Shown here: piece after piece, positions 51,292-64,000 of the stretch
Layout of the letters: every line of letters starts with the position of its first letter
Numbering within the stretch: position 1 is the stretch's first letter
DNA from: Octopus vulgaris
Lineage: Eukaryota
Direction of reading: 5' to 3'
Assembly: GCA_951406725.2 (NCBI GenBank)
Contig: OX597823.1
Coordinates: 54,808,001 to 54,872,000, forward strand
Length of the DNA stretch: 64,000 nt
Program-made: the position numbers and the translations under genes
Notes under the pieces: model-generated
What the model was told of the DNA's origin: nothing
Seen by the model: only the letters and a program-made list of their open reading frames with translations
Database searches by the model: none

Positions 51292-51490
51292 GGTCCCGGG
51301 TTGATTCGGGTTAACCACAGTAAGGTACTCAATACATAGCAGAGTAAAATTAATTTATTATATAGAAGGATCTTCTACAGGTTTTCCACTAGCATGTTAC
51401 TGTTTCATTCAAGAGAAATCTTCAGGAAGCTTCCTGAAGATTTCTGGGTGAATGCCAACACAGGTGCTAGACCTGCGAAGCCTCGCTTCT
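51287..51490 (-). mobile_element. Penelope-like repeat (family of 3934-4123) with a 32-bp palindrome over the hammerhead-like core
   Basis: agaaatcttcaggaagcttcctgaagatttct at 51414-51445; minus strand CTGAAGA-tttc-tctt-gaat-GAAA-cagta; (TA)n on both sides. Confidence 0.6.
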
Positions 51491-51493
51491 ATA

Positions 51494-51603
<110 letters not shown>

Positions 51604-52199
51604 TGCAGGAGTGGGTGTGTGGTAAGTAGATTGTTTACCAACCACATGGTTCCGGGTTCAGTCCCACTGCATGGTATCTTGGGCAAGTGTCTTCTCCTAT
51701 AGCCTCGTGATGGAAACTGAAAGAAGCCCATTGTATATATGTATATATATATGTGTGTGTGTATGTTTGTGTATCTGTCCGCCTAGCATTGCTTGACAAC
51801 CAATGCTGGTGTGTTTATGTCCCTGTCAATTAGCGGTTCGGCAAAAGAGACCAATAGAATAAGGCTTACAAAGAATAAGTCCTGGGGTTGATTTGCTTGA
51901 CTAAAGGCGGTGCTCCAGTATGGCCACAGTCTGAAACAAGTAAAGGAGAGTAAAGATTCTATATCTGTGTGTTTGTGTGTGTGTGTGCGTGCATGCAGGC
52001 ATAGCTATGCACAGATACAGATGCAGTTGTGTGCATAAGAAGTCTGCTTCCAAACTACATGGTTTGGGGTTCAGTCCCACTGCATGGCACCTTGAGCAAA
52101 AGTTTTCTACTATAGACTGTCCAAAGCCTTGTGAGTGGATTTCGTAGTCTAACAGAGGATCAGTGATTATTTAGCCTGGCCTTAAATGGACCCACTGTT

Positions 52200-52550
52200 G
52201 CCCCAGTATATTGTGTTGTGGTATGACACCACCATTGCTTTGTAGATCCTAGCCTCTGTGTCGTATTGACCATTTACTGAGTGGTCACTATTAACCCTAC
52301 ATGGCCTTGGGGCATTCACAAATATTTGTTGATGCTAGGCACATGGATGATCAAGATCTTTAAGTTATGCCTACTGAATAGTCTTCTATACATATGGTCC
52401 TTTGTAAAATGCTTATCCACTAATCTAAAGAAAGCCCAGCCAATGCAGCTTTTCACATTAGGTGAAAGATGTAGAACAAACCAGAGCACTTTATGGTGGC
52501 ACGTTCTCTTGTGGCCCAATCTTCTAAGTTCTTTTACAGGGTTTAGAAAA
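52200..52550 (-). mobile_element. Decayed Penelope-like element ORF fragment (RT to endonuclease linker)
   Basis: VLWFVLHLSPNVKSCIGWAFFRLVDKHFTKDHMYRRLFSRHNLKI resembles the PLE motif WFNPPFS.NVKTNIG..F..L.DKHF. Confidence 0.65.
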
Positions 52551-52665
52551 ACTGAAGGATTTTATGCAATAAGAGTGTGAATCTGAGAGGGAATTTTGTT
52601 GAATAAAATCATGATCCTCTTGCATTTTCTTTTACCCAGTGCTAGGAACTTTTCAACACCCTCTT

Positions 52666-52721
<56 letters not shown>

Positions 52722-53510
52722 ATTCGTTTAGAGGAGTGGTTACAAAGTGGGGTGGAAAGTTCCAATGGGGCATTGAAGAAAAATGGGGTGATAATGGGGT
52801 AGTGATTCATGTAAAAAGTGGGGCAATAATGGGATAGCATTTCATGTAAAAACAGCAAAATAATGGGTTCATTAGGCTAAGTTTATTTGTGAAATACTGT
52901 TACTTTGAATTTGCTTCAGAAAGAGGTCTATGTTTGTGATGGTTAGTTGGGGCAGGGGAGCCAGGAATGTGGCCTGGGTGTCAAGGGGGTGGCAACCTGA
53001 AAACGATTTGGGGAATCACTGGTTTAGAGTATCTTTATATCTCTTTCTCATTTGGTATTTAGGAGCTGTCTCCAGTTCTTGAATAGCAAAAACAATAGCA
53101 TTCTAGGTGAGATAGGATGTACTTATAGGCAGTTCCATGAGAAGCTACAATTCCCGTCAATGTTGGTAGCATTCTTTAACTAGTAGCCCATGTATCCATG
53201 CATATAACTTTCTGTTGGACTGATAAATATTTCTCATCAAATCTCTGTCTGCCTATATGTGTGTGTATGTACGTATGTGTGTATGCAGTTATGTGTATGT
53301 ATGCATGTGTGTATATATATGTATGTATGTCTATGAAATTCACACATACACATGAAATATTAGTTGGTTCTGGAATATAGAAGAAATCACTTGTCCAAGG
53401 AGCTGTGTAGTGGGACTGAACTTAAAACCACAAGGTAGTGATATGAACTTCTTAATCACTGAGCCATACATGCATAGGCACACTCACACATATATACTCA
53501 TACATACACA

Positions 53511-53652
53511 CAGTGCTAGATTTAGGACAAATGAAGCCCTATGCTAATTAAGTTATGAGGGCCCTTACTCAGACAGGGCCCCATTATGAGGCCCCTGGTT
53601 AATGGGGTCCTGTGCTTAAACACACTTAAGCACAATGGTAATTCTAGCACTA
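53511..53652. mobile_element. Possible hAT-type MITE
   Basis: Termini cagtgctagattt / aattctagcacta; TSD not resolvable in microsatellite. Confidence 0.45.
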
Positions 53653-55258
53653 TACACATACATACACACATGTGCGCATGCATGCACACACACACACAAA
53701 CACAAGCATGCACAAATAAGCACACACACATAACTCATCGACACACACATATGCATGTGCATGCACACACTTATACATGCATGTCCATCTACTTGACAAA
53801 CTTGCAAAATGAATTTTTTTTAAATGAGGAGATTTTAACCCAAACAAAGAATTTAACTTAATACCACAAGGCATTTTAACCATCCTGTGTCCTTGCTCTT
53901 CTATAAAGTTACTAATTTGCTTATCATCTTCTGAGTTCAAATCCTGATGGATCTGAGTTTGTATTTTCTCTATCTCTCTCTCTCTCTCTTGGAGAGAGGT
54001 TTATATCAGGAAAATAAGTTCCATACCATGGAACACATGGAAGTGAGAAACCCAGTAAGACATTGGATGAAGTACTGAAGAACAGCTTCAGGGAGCTGAA
54101 CCTTTCAAGTGAGATGACAAAGGACTGAGATTCCTGGTGCCTGGCCATACTCAAGAAGATCTGTGCTCATTAGCAGAAGTGTTAAGATCAATCTTTCTGA
54201 TAGTGTAAAGCATTCATGATGGTACCACATAAAAGCGCCCATGTGGTGCCATGTAAAAGTACTTGTGTGTGCTGACATATAAAAGCATCCATGTAATGTC
54301 ATGTAAAAATGCCCATGTGGTGCCACATGTGGTGCTATGTAAAAGTGCCTTTGTGGAATCACATAAAAGCACTTGTGCTGGTGCCACATAGAAGCACCCA
54401 GTGCATTCTGTAAAGTGGTTGGTATTAGGAAGGCTATCCAGCCATAGAAACCATGCCAAATCAGACTGGAATCTGGAGCAGACCCCACCTAGTTTGCCAG
54501 TTCTGATCACACCATCCCACCCATGCCAGCATGGAGAATGGATGTTAAATGATGATGATGATTATACCACATAAATTTTTGATTTATTGAGATAATCTTT
54601 GGTTCCAGATGATGCATCATAATTACCAAATGACAATTAAAACCAGCTTGATTCAAAATGAAAAGTTAATCTCAGGTGGAGCTCATCTTAATTACTGTCT
54701 GTTAATTATAATGCAACCTCTAGAGGTGGAAATAGTTTTAATAAATCAAGTCTTTTTTGTTTTTCAGCTTTTAAACCAGCCATATCCGGTCAAAATGTCT
54801 TATTTGTTTTATGTTCAAACAGGCCAGATCCAGCCTCTCACACCTACTTTACAATGTCAGTCTAAATATAAACAATCGAATCATCAAAATCGCAAAGCTA
54901 CAAGATCATATATGATTAATTCAAAATAACGTGAATAAATAAGCATTACATTGGGTAGAAAAATCCAAATGCTAAAGGGTTAATATACCAGTAATTATTT
55001 GTTATTCAAATACACGCATTATTCAAATACATGCCACTGATCACTTCAAGTTATTTCTCTTAGCTCATTTTTGTATATATAAATATAAGCACATCTCTCT
55101 CTTTACTCTTTTACTCTTTTACTTGTTTCAGTCATTTGACTGTGGCCATCCTGGAGCACCGCTTTTAGTCAAGCAAATCGACCCCAGGACTTATTCTTTG
55201 TAAGCCTAGTACTTATTCTATTGGTCTCTTTTACCGAACCGCTAAGTCACGGGGATAC

Positions 55259-55487
55259 AGTGTACATTTAAACATATAAGAGATGGCCATAACAGGCCAG
55301 CTGACTCGCTAGAAATAGTAGTTAAACTACAAACCACTAACAGTTGTAATTCTGAAAGGGAATGAAAAAAAGTTTTTTTTTCATTCTCTTTCAGAATTAC
55401 AACTATTAGTGGTTTGTAGTTTAACTACTCTTTCTAGCAACTCAGATGTCCTGTTATGGCCATCTCTTATGTGTTTAAATGTACACT
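55259..55487. repeat. Near spacerless palindrome, arms about 114 bp
   Basis: agtgtacatttaaaca..gaatgaaaaaaa-g-tttttttttcattc..tgtttaaatgtacact; a second palindrome follows at 55582-55676. Confidence 0.88.
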
Positions 55488-55736
55488 ATATATAAATATA
55501 TATATATAAACTTAGATAAACTTAGATATGTTTTGACCAAAGATTGGTCCAGGCCATGTCTAACTTAATAGCACCACCTGATATATATAAAAGTAAATAA
55601 ATGGCACAACGAAGCACCGATATTTACTGGAAAATATTGGTGCTTTGTTGTGCCATTTATTTACTTTTATATGTATAATTTTACCCTCATGGGCTATCCT
55701 TTACTGGAAAGCAATACTCTCGTATTGCATTACTAT

Positions 55737-55782
<46 letters not shown>

Positions 55783-56336
55783 TTCATCTTGGTAATTACA
55801 TCATAATATGCATTTAAAAGCTTCTCTACAGTTAACAGTTACTATATGCCATCATACAGTAGGGATATTCCTTAAGCTGGTTATGCATGTGGAATCTTGT
55901 TAGTATATAGAATTTGTGTAATAATTTATATAATAAGATGGAATGACAGGCTTTAATTACAAGTTACATTTGTTTCCTGTGCAGTGGTAACAGCATTACT
56001 ATTATATTAATTATTTTACAAATAATTACATAAAATAATTTCATAGCTAAATAAAATTCAGCAGCAGCAGCTGTGTAGCAGCACTTTATCTGCTTTAAAA
56101 GCAATACTGGATCATGTTCAATTTTCCTTCTTTTTAGATATTGATGATGATGGCGATGATATATATAGAGGTGTAGGTGTGGCTGTGTGGTAAGAAGCTT
56201 GCTTCTCAACCACATGGTTCCAGGTTCAGCCCCACTGTGTGGCACCTTGGGCAAGTGTCTTTTTCTATAGCCTCAGGCTGACCAAAGCCTTGTGAGTGGA
56301 TTTGGGAGATGGAAACTGAAAGAAACCTGTCGTATA

Positions 56337-56369
<33 letters not shown>

Positions 56370-57520
56370 GTGCATGCGTGTGTGTGTTTGTGTATGTGTG
56401 TGTGTATATATTTATGTGTGCATGTCTTTGTGTCTATGTTTGTCCCCCATCATTGCTTGGCAACCAATGTTGTTGTGTTTATGTCCCCATAACTTAGTAA
56501 TTCAGCAAAAGAGACTGACAGAATAAGTACTAGGCTTACAAAGAATAAGTCTTGGAGGTAGATTTCTTTGACTAAAAAACTCTTTAAGGCAATGCTCCAG
56601 CATGGCTGCAGTCAAATGACTGAAACAAGTAAAAGAATAAAATAATATGTATGATGTGCTTCCATCCAGTTTCCACAACCAAATTCACTTAAAAAGTTGA
56701 AGACACTTGCTCAAGGTACTGTGCAGTGGGACTGAACCCAAAACCATGTGGTTTCACAGCAAGCATCTTAAGCACACCACCATAAAGGCACGAAATATTA
56801 CTCAACGCATCATTTCCCAACTCTATTACAGATGTTGCTGTTATTGTTGTTCCTAGGTCAATCCTCATCAAGCAATTCCTTTGTCTTTTTTTTTTTTCAT
56901 CCTAAGATGTGAAATAACTGAACTCCTGCTGCTGTTTCTAGGAGATCAAGTAACCATATACAGGAGATCTCCTTCAGAACTGGTATCAAAATATGTGTGG
57001 TCATATGCTTAAATTAGAAATCAATAACAGCTTCACTTCACTGGTTACTTGCAAGAGCTGTGCGATAAATTGTTTTCCAATACATGATATGACACTGATC
57101 ATATGCTATCTTCATAGTGTTATCCCAGGCGATCTTCACAGTTTGATGGGAATAGATGTGTGATAAAGTGTATGCAATGCTTCAGACTGATAATTCACTT
57201 TATCTTCGCAACATACTCGGAAGTAAATTGAAATATAGAAATTTGAAATATGTTACATACACACATGCACATGTGTGTATGCATGTATGTATGTATGTAT
57301 GTATGTATGCATATGTAAATATGCAAATATATATTCATGTGTATATATATCTATATCTATCTATCTATCTATCTATATCCATCTATCTATATATATACAC
57401 ACACATCTATATAAATATAAACATAAACACACACATATATATATATGTAAATATATATATATACATACATACACACACACTCCTACACACACACACACAC
57501 ACATATACATGCACACACAT

Positions 57521-57910
57521 ACATGGTGCGATGGATAAATTGTTGCCATTTTATATTGTTAATTTCATGCATGCACATTGTTTGTTTTTGATTTTGCCGA
57601 TTACGCAGCATAGTAGGGTCAGTTGGATACCGTCTAAGAAATTCAGCACCATGATATAATTTACTCTACCAGAAATCTGGAAACGACATGCTGTATGGCT
57701 TAGCATTCATGCTGGAAGCTCCAATATGAACAGATGGTGAACACACAGAACAACTGTTGCCTTGCCGTGTCCCCAAAACATGTACCGAGAGTGATAAGAA
57801 TTAAACATCCAGTCAACATCACGGTGTTTGGAGTGATCACTAGTGATGGTGATGTTGTGCCTCCATTTATCTTCCCACATGACCTCAGATTCAACATGGA
57901 GACCCACATC
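57521..57910 (+). mobile_element. Tc1/mariner (maT/DD37D-like) 5' end with deleted transposase
   Basis: Terminus acatggtgcgatggataaatt; PKHVPRVIRIKHPVNITVFGVITSDGDVVPPFIFPHDLRFNME. Confidence 0.65.
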
Positions 57911-58007
57911 ATATATCATCATCATCATCATCATCATCATTTAACGTCCGCTTTCCATGTTAAATGATGATGATGATGATGATATATGATGTGGGTCTCC
58001 ATGTTGA

Positions 58008-58038
<31 letters not shown>

Positions 58039-58173
58039 GACACACATGTATATATACATGCAAATATACATAACACAGATACATATATATAAATACATTT
58101 ATATAAAAATATACATGTATGTATATGCATATATCTATATATCTATATATATATATATATATGGTATGTATAA

Positions 58174-58204
<31 letters not shown>

Positions 58205-58750
58205 TATGCATGTACTTATTGGCTTTTGGCCAAATTTGGAATTATTTTTAAATTGTTAGTGCTGTAAATATTTATCTATTGCTCAATCACAACTGCTTTC
58301 TCATCTTCCTTACATCTCTTCCTCTCTTTCTCTCCTTCTTCTTCTTACTGTCTTATGCATTCTCTTACCTCATCATGTTTGTGTAGGTGTATATGTATGT
58401 GTATATATATATATATATATATATGTATATGTGTGTGTATGTGTGTTTGTGTGTGTGTGTGTGTGTGTGTATGCGTGTGCATGTACAAATATTCTTTTCT
58501 ACTCTAGGCACAAGGCCCGAAATTTTTGTGGGGGAGGTCAGTCGATTAGATTGATCCCCAGTACGCAACTGGTATTTAATTTATCGACGCCGAAAGGATG
58601 AATGGCAAAGTCGACCTCAGCGGAATTTGAACTCAGAATGTAGTGGTAGATGAAAAACATGTACAAATATTAACTGAAGAATACACACATACACATACAT
58701 TGATATATGCCAACACATATACATACACAAATATTTACATATACATATGT

Positions 58751-58800
<50 letters not shown>

Positions 58801-61800
58801 TACACAAAGCACATGCATATATATCCACACATATCCATATGTGTAAACATTTACATAGAGAATTACAGTCACAATAATACACATATTGGTGCCACATAAA
58901 AAAAGCATTGGTCCTGGTGCCATGTAAAAAGCACTGGTGCTGGTACTATATAAAAAGGCACTGGTGCTGGTGTCACATAAAAAAATATCAGTACTAATGT
59001 AAAAAGCATCCATTACACTTGATAAAGCAGTTGACATTTGGAAGGGCATCCAGCTGTAGGAACTAAGCCAAAATAGACAATGGAGCATGGTATGGCTTTC
59101 AGTCTTAGCAGCTCCCATAAACTGTCCAACTCATGCCAGCATGGAAAATGAATGTTAAATGATGACGATGACGATGATGATGATGACAATGATTGGAAAA
59201 AAAACTTCCTTCATATTTCAACACATCATCATTAAGAATCTCACCTGTATTATTGATTCTGTTATGAGTTGGTAATATCTCAAGAATTAAGGCAATTGGA
59301 ATTATCAAGTCTATAGTGACTGACATAAAGATGAACTCAGCTCTGCCCAAGCTATTTTGTTTTCTAATCATTTGGTCTTATTTTCAACCTGGTTGTGTGT
59401 GGTACCTTGTGTAAGTGTCTACTGTAGGTCTGGACTGAAGAAAGCGTTGTGAGGAGGTTTGGCTGATGGAAACTGGAAGAATCCCTCATGTAAGCATATG
59501 TATATGTGTGTGTGTGTATATATATATATATATACATATGCTTTAGGGCCTCCTTTCAAAGGATAGGGGCCAGACGTATATGGATCACCTCTTTCCAAAG
59601 GTAGAAATGAGCGTGTGTAGGGCCAACGCCACTACCCAGGGAAAAAGTATGACTACAGATGCATCAATGACTGCTGAGGTCAACTTTGCCTTCCATCATT
59701 TTAAGGTTGATAAAATGAGTACTATTTGAGTATTGGGGTGGATGTAGTCGACTAGACCCTGCCAACAAATTTTCAGGCCTTGTGCTTAAAATAGAAAGGG
59801 TTATTATTGTTGTTGTTGTTGTGGTGGTGGTGTTGATGGTAAATTGGCAGAATTGTTAGAGCGTTATATATAATGCTCTGCTGTATTTCTTCAGATGCTT
59901 TACATTCTGTGTTCAAATACTACTGTGGTCACCTTTGCTTTTCAATTTTAAGAAATTGATAAAATCATGTACCAGTCAAATGCTGGGGGTTGATGGTATC
60001 AACTCAGACTCACTTCACATTCTTTTCAAACATGTCTTACATTTGTTTGGGAAATACAAGATGATATTAAAACAAGACAGTAGTAATTACCTTTCCTCTA
60101 TAGGCACAAGGCCTCAGATTTTGGTCAAGAGGACAAGTTGATGACATCAACTGCTGTGCTGAACTGGAAATTATTTTATTGACCCCAAAATGGAAGAAAA
60201 GCAAAGTTGACCTTGCTGAAATTTGAACTCAGATCATAATTACAGATGAAATGCCACTAAGAATTTTGTTTGATGTGCTAATGTTTTTGCCAGCTTGCTG
60301 CCTTAACAGGCTTCTTGTAATAATTGTTTTTACTATAGGCACAAAGCCTGAAACTTGGCGGGAGGGGGTAAGCTGATAACATCAACCCTAATGCTTAACT
60401 GATACTTAATTTACGGAACTTGAAAGATAAAAAGCAAGGTTGACCTAGGTGGAATTTGAACTCAGAAAGTAAGGATGAGTGAAATGCTGCGAAGCATGTT
60501 TATGATTCTGCCAGCTTGCCACCTTAACAGGTCTGTAGTTATGATAGCATGATAATTAATGCAGGTATGGTTATGCGTTTAAGATGTTTGTTTTGCAAGC
60601 AGGCATGTAGTTTTAAGGTTCAATTCTAATATATGGCACCTTCAGCAAACACCAGGCCAATCGTAAATATTGTCTGCGATTTTTTTAAGGCTTCTTTCGT
60701 GGCAATACATACTTTTTAACACTTTTTAAGGCTAAATTATTAATAACAATATACCGTATTTACTGGCCTATTGGGTGCCCCTTTGCAGCTGAAGCTCCCC
60801 CTGATTAGGATAGCTGCACATCTCGTTGCTTGATTGCTTTAGATGCAAGTATGCTATATCTTGTATCTCTTATTCCTGCTTTCAATCAAAGCATGCTAAT
60901 TAGTATAGCGACATCTATGTATATTTCATACATGTACACACACACACACTCTCTCTCTCTTTCTCTCTCTCTACACACACTCTCTCTCTTTCTCTCTCTC
61001 TATACACACACACTCACACACAGTGTATTACTCCAGTATTACTTGGACTAGTGATGATAGATCAAAAATATATATAACATGAGACTGAACGTTAATTTTA
61101 CACCAGCGCTTTTTTTTAAATCATCGCTACATTTGATCATACACATTGTTTATTTCAACAGGATAATTTTTAAGGTCATGAACCAATATAGCCACATTGA
61201 AATTAAGTTACTTGCTGGTCCATCCCTACTCTCTATCTCTCTTTTATTATTGTTGTATGGATTGCTGTATCAAGTGGTAATACAAACTAAATTTTTCAAA
61301 ACCATGATTATTTTTTAATCTCTGCTCAATTTCCCATTTGTATTATGTGCATATTAGAATGCTAAGAAGATTTTTTGTAGGTTTTTTGGGGTAAAACTGC
61401 ATCCAATAGCTATATTGAATGTTTTGTTGAGTGTTGTGTTTTTCGCAGCATGTTATTAAAGCCCTAAGAAGCTGCCCAAATGCCCTACACCTTCTAAGGC
61501 TTCTGGCAGTGAGCCTAAGCTATAGTAAAAGACATTTGCCCAAGGTGATATGCTGTGGGAATAAACCTGGAACTATGTGGTTGTGAAGCAAGCTTCTTAC
61601 CACACAGCCAATCCTGCACCTTCTTATGTAACTTTGCTTATGTTTGTGAGTAGGAAAGTTGGCCCTTAATAAACCCCTTTTACTTCTGGAAAGAGGTGGT
61701 CCATATTAATCTGGTTTCTATCTCTTGACCTGTCCAAAATGTGACACTCTACCAGGAGTTTGTAACTCCACTATCATAGCCCTCAGTTATCATACCAAGA

Positions 61801-62498
61801 TAAAGACTGGGCTTTGTGAGCACAACTAATGTATATAGTTACTGAGAATCTCAGTTATGAATGGCTGGCCCTTTGAATTACAGGTACCCCTCATTTCTGC
61901 CAGCTGAGTGGACTTGAGCAATGTGAAATAAAGTGTCTTGCTCAAGGACACAACATATGCTGCTGGGAATTGAACTCATGACTTTATGATCATGAGCTGA
62001 ACAGTTGTAAACTGCTCACATTAGTAAAGTCTAATCTGTTGTAAACGTCTGGATCAGATCCACTCATAATTATTTCCCTCCTGATTGGTCACAGTACACT
62101 TAAAAACAATCATGGGTACTCCATCCTGTGCCATTGGCATGTAAAAGGCACTTTTCAAACTTTGGGCCTCACAGAAGCAGTGACAGGTGGCTGAGACCTT
62201 TGGTGATATACCATGCTTGAAAAGACTGGTCAAGTCAAGTGAGATCATAGTTGTGGCCGATGCTGGTGTTTCATAACTGGCACCTGTGCCAGTGGTGCAT
62301 AAAAATCACCCACTACACTCTTAGAGTGGTTGGTGTTGTGAAGGGCATCCAGCTGAAAAACCATGCCAAATCAGATTGAAATCTGGTGCACCTCTCCAAC
62401 TGTCTAACCCATGCCAGCATGGAAAACAGACGTTAAATGATGATGATGATAATCCATTGCTTTTGCATTCACTTTCTCAATGCTGGTATCGTTAAAAG

Positions 62499-62725
62499 CA
62501 GTGGTTCTCAACCACTTTTGTCTATGGACCCTTTTGATTCCTATTTTACTCATAGCTATTCAACATTTAAAAAAAAATTTATTACATTTTTACAATTAAA
62601 TATCATTAGCAATTGTATAAATAAAAATTGTAAAAATATTTTTGTGCTTTGTAGAAGTACAATCAGTTTGTTGCAGATAAACTTTAACAACAAAATCTTA
62701 CGTGGACCCCAGTTGAGAACCACTG
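62499..62725. mobile_element. hAT (Charlie-like) MITE
   Basis: TIRs cagtggttctcaac / gttgagaaccactg; 8-bp TSD gttaaaag / gtttaaag (7 of 8). Confidence 0.85.
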
Positions 62726-62738
62726 GTTTAAAGTTTAA

Positions 62739-62949
62739 CCCTTTAGCATTTAAACTGGCCATGTCTGGTCAAATAATCCAGCTGTTTTATCTCCAAAATG
62801 GCCAGATTCAGCCTCTCACACCTACTCTACGATATCATTATAAAAATAAACAATCACATCTTTGAAATCTCAAGGTAATGCATGATTAATTGAAAACAAT
62901 ATGAATAAATAAGCATTGTATTCAACCGAATAATCTGAATGCTAAAGGA
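62739..62949. mobile_element. TTAA-flanked piggyBac-like MITE
   Basis: ttaa-ccctttagcatt ... aatgctaaagg; family also at about 54770-54983 and in pieces at 14976 and 18400-18620. Confidence 0.65.
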
Positions 62950-63873
62950 TTTGACCAAACTTCTTGATGTTGCATTTTATAACTGCATAACACCAACTTT
63001 TTGTTTTCAAGTCATGTACTTTATTCCCTCCATCACAAGTTCCAGCCCTTGTCGCATAGTGGGTTGTGTGCATCAATGACCCTGAAAAGTATGCTAGTGG
63101 AGTGCAGGCTCTTGGTAGGGCCTCTCATGCTAGACCCAGGGCTAAATAACCACAAAAAGAGAGATTGTTACCACTAACATATGTCTTCTTTCTTCTTTAA
63201 GCCCAAAGGATAGAGCCCACACTAATACTGAACCACCTCTTTCCAGAGATAAAAATTGGATTGCATAGGGCCAGCACCATTACCTAATAAAAAGCAAAGT
63301 CACAGATGCTTTGAACACAATCCCAAACCAACAAGATCTGGGAAAGGAAGGCTTTTCTCAAGGAAACATTGGCAGGGCTGAAAAAAAAAATGCAGGGATC
63401 CAATTGGGGAGAAGTAGAAAAGACAGCCCAGAGTTAAGAACAGTGAAAAAAAAGTTGTTGATGGCCTATGCTCTATAGGGAGTGAAGAAAAAAAAATGGC
63501 AAAGGTACCTTCTCGAGTCATACTGACTCATAAGGGTTCAGTTACCCACCTGGACAGGGAGCTAGTCTGTTGCAGGATTATTCATTTTTGGCAGCTGAGT
63601 TGACAGGAACAATGTGAAATGTGGTGTTTTGCTCAAGAACACAATGTGTCACCCGGTCCAGGAATTGAAACCACAGTCTTATGAACATGAGTCCAACACC
63701 CTAACCACTAAACCATCTATGCAGCTCCACATAGGGAGTGAAGAGTTTAAGTAGGTAAATTTTATTAATTGTCTTTACTATGCTGAACTGCCAAACCACC
63801 AGACATTTTGTTCATGCAAAGACATCATTGCTACATAAACACATAGCTATCAAAGTAGTGTCAATATAAACAT

Positions 63874-63978
<105 letters not shown>

Positions 63979-64000
63979 TGCAGTAGGCTTCTGTAGAATT

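Noticed and set aside
54215-54400. Repeat-spacer-like arrays resembling CRISPR (also 26252-26698 and 58885-59010)
   Set aside because: Eukaryotic context, degenerate contiguous units without unique spacers, no cas genes; they are part of RTE 3' UTRs.

Overview
AT-rich, microsatellite-dense eukaryotic DNA; the SINE/LINE families look like those of an octopus (coleoid cephalopod), which is an inference. The only host gene I can support is a minus-strand RhoGAP100F/Syd-1 (SYDE)-like gene with two coding exons (29362-29202 and 574-376) joined by a 28.6-kb intron; no further exon is visible upstream. The rest is intronic transposon debris: a young 5'-truncated RTE LINE with an open ORF and a PHD-like finger inserted after the RT core, a CR1/L2-group LINE, R4/Dong-like LINEs, mariner/Tc1, hAT and piggyBac-like elements, and three tRNA-derived SINE families. 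The most interesting signal is about ten minimal type I hammerhead-ribozyme motifs from several unrelated short Penelope-like repeats. They mostly sit in or near (TA)n tracts, often as fold-back palindromes, and three families carry a U3-A8 covariant core. One TSD-bounded unit joins a Penelope endonuclease tail, a tRNA-derived Pol III promoter and a hammerhead. All structures were read by eye and none has been tested computationally. Most ORFs in the supplied track are microsatellite or antisense artefacts.
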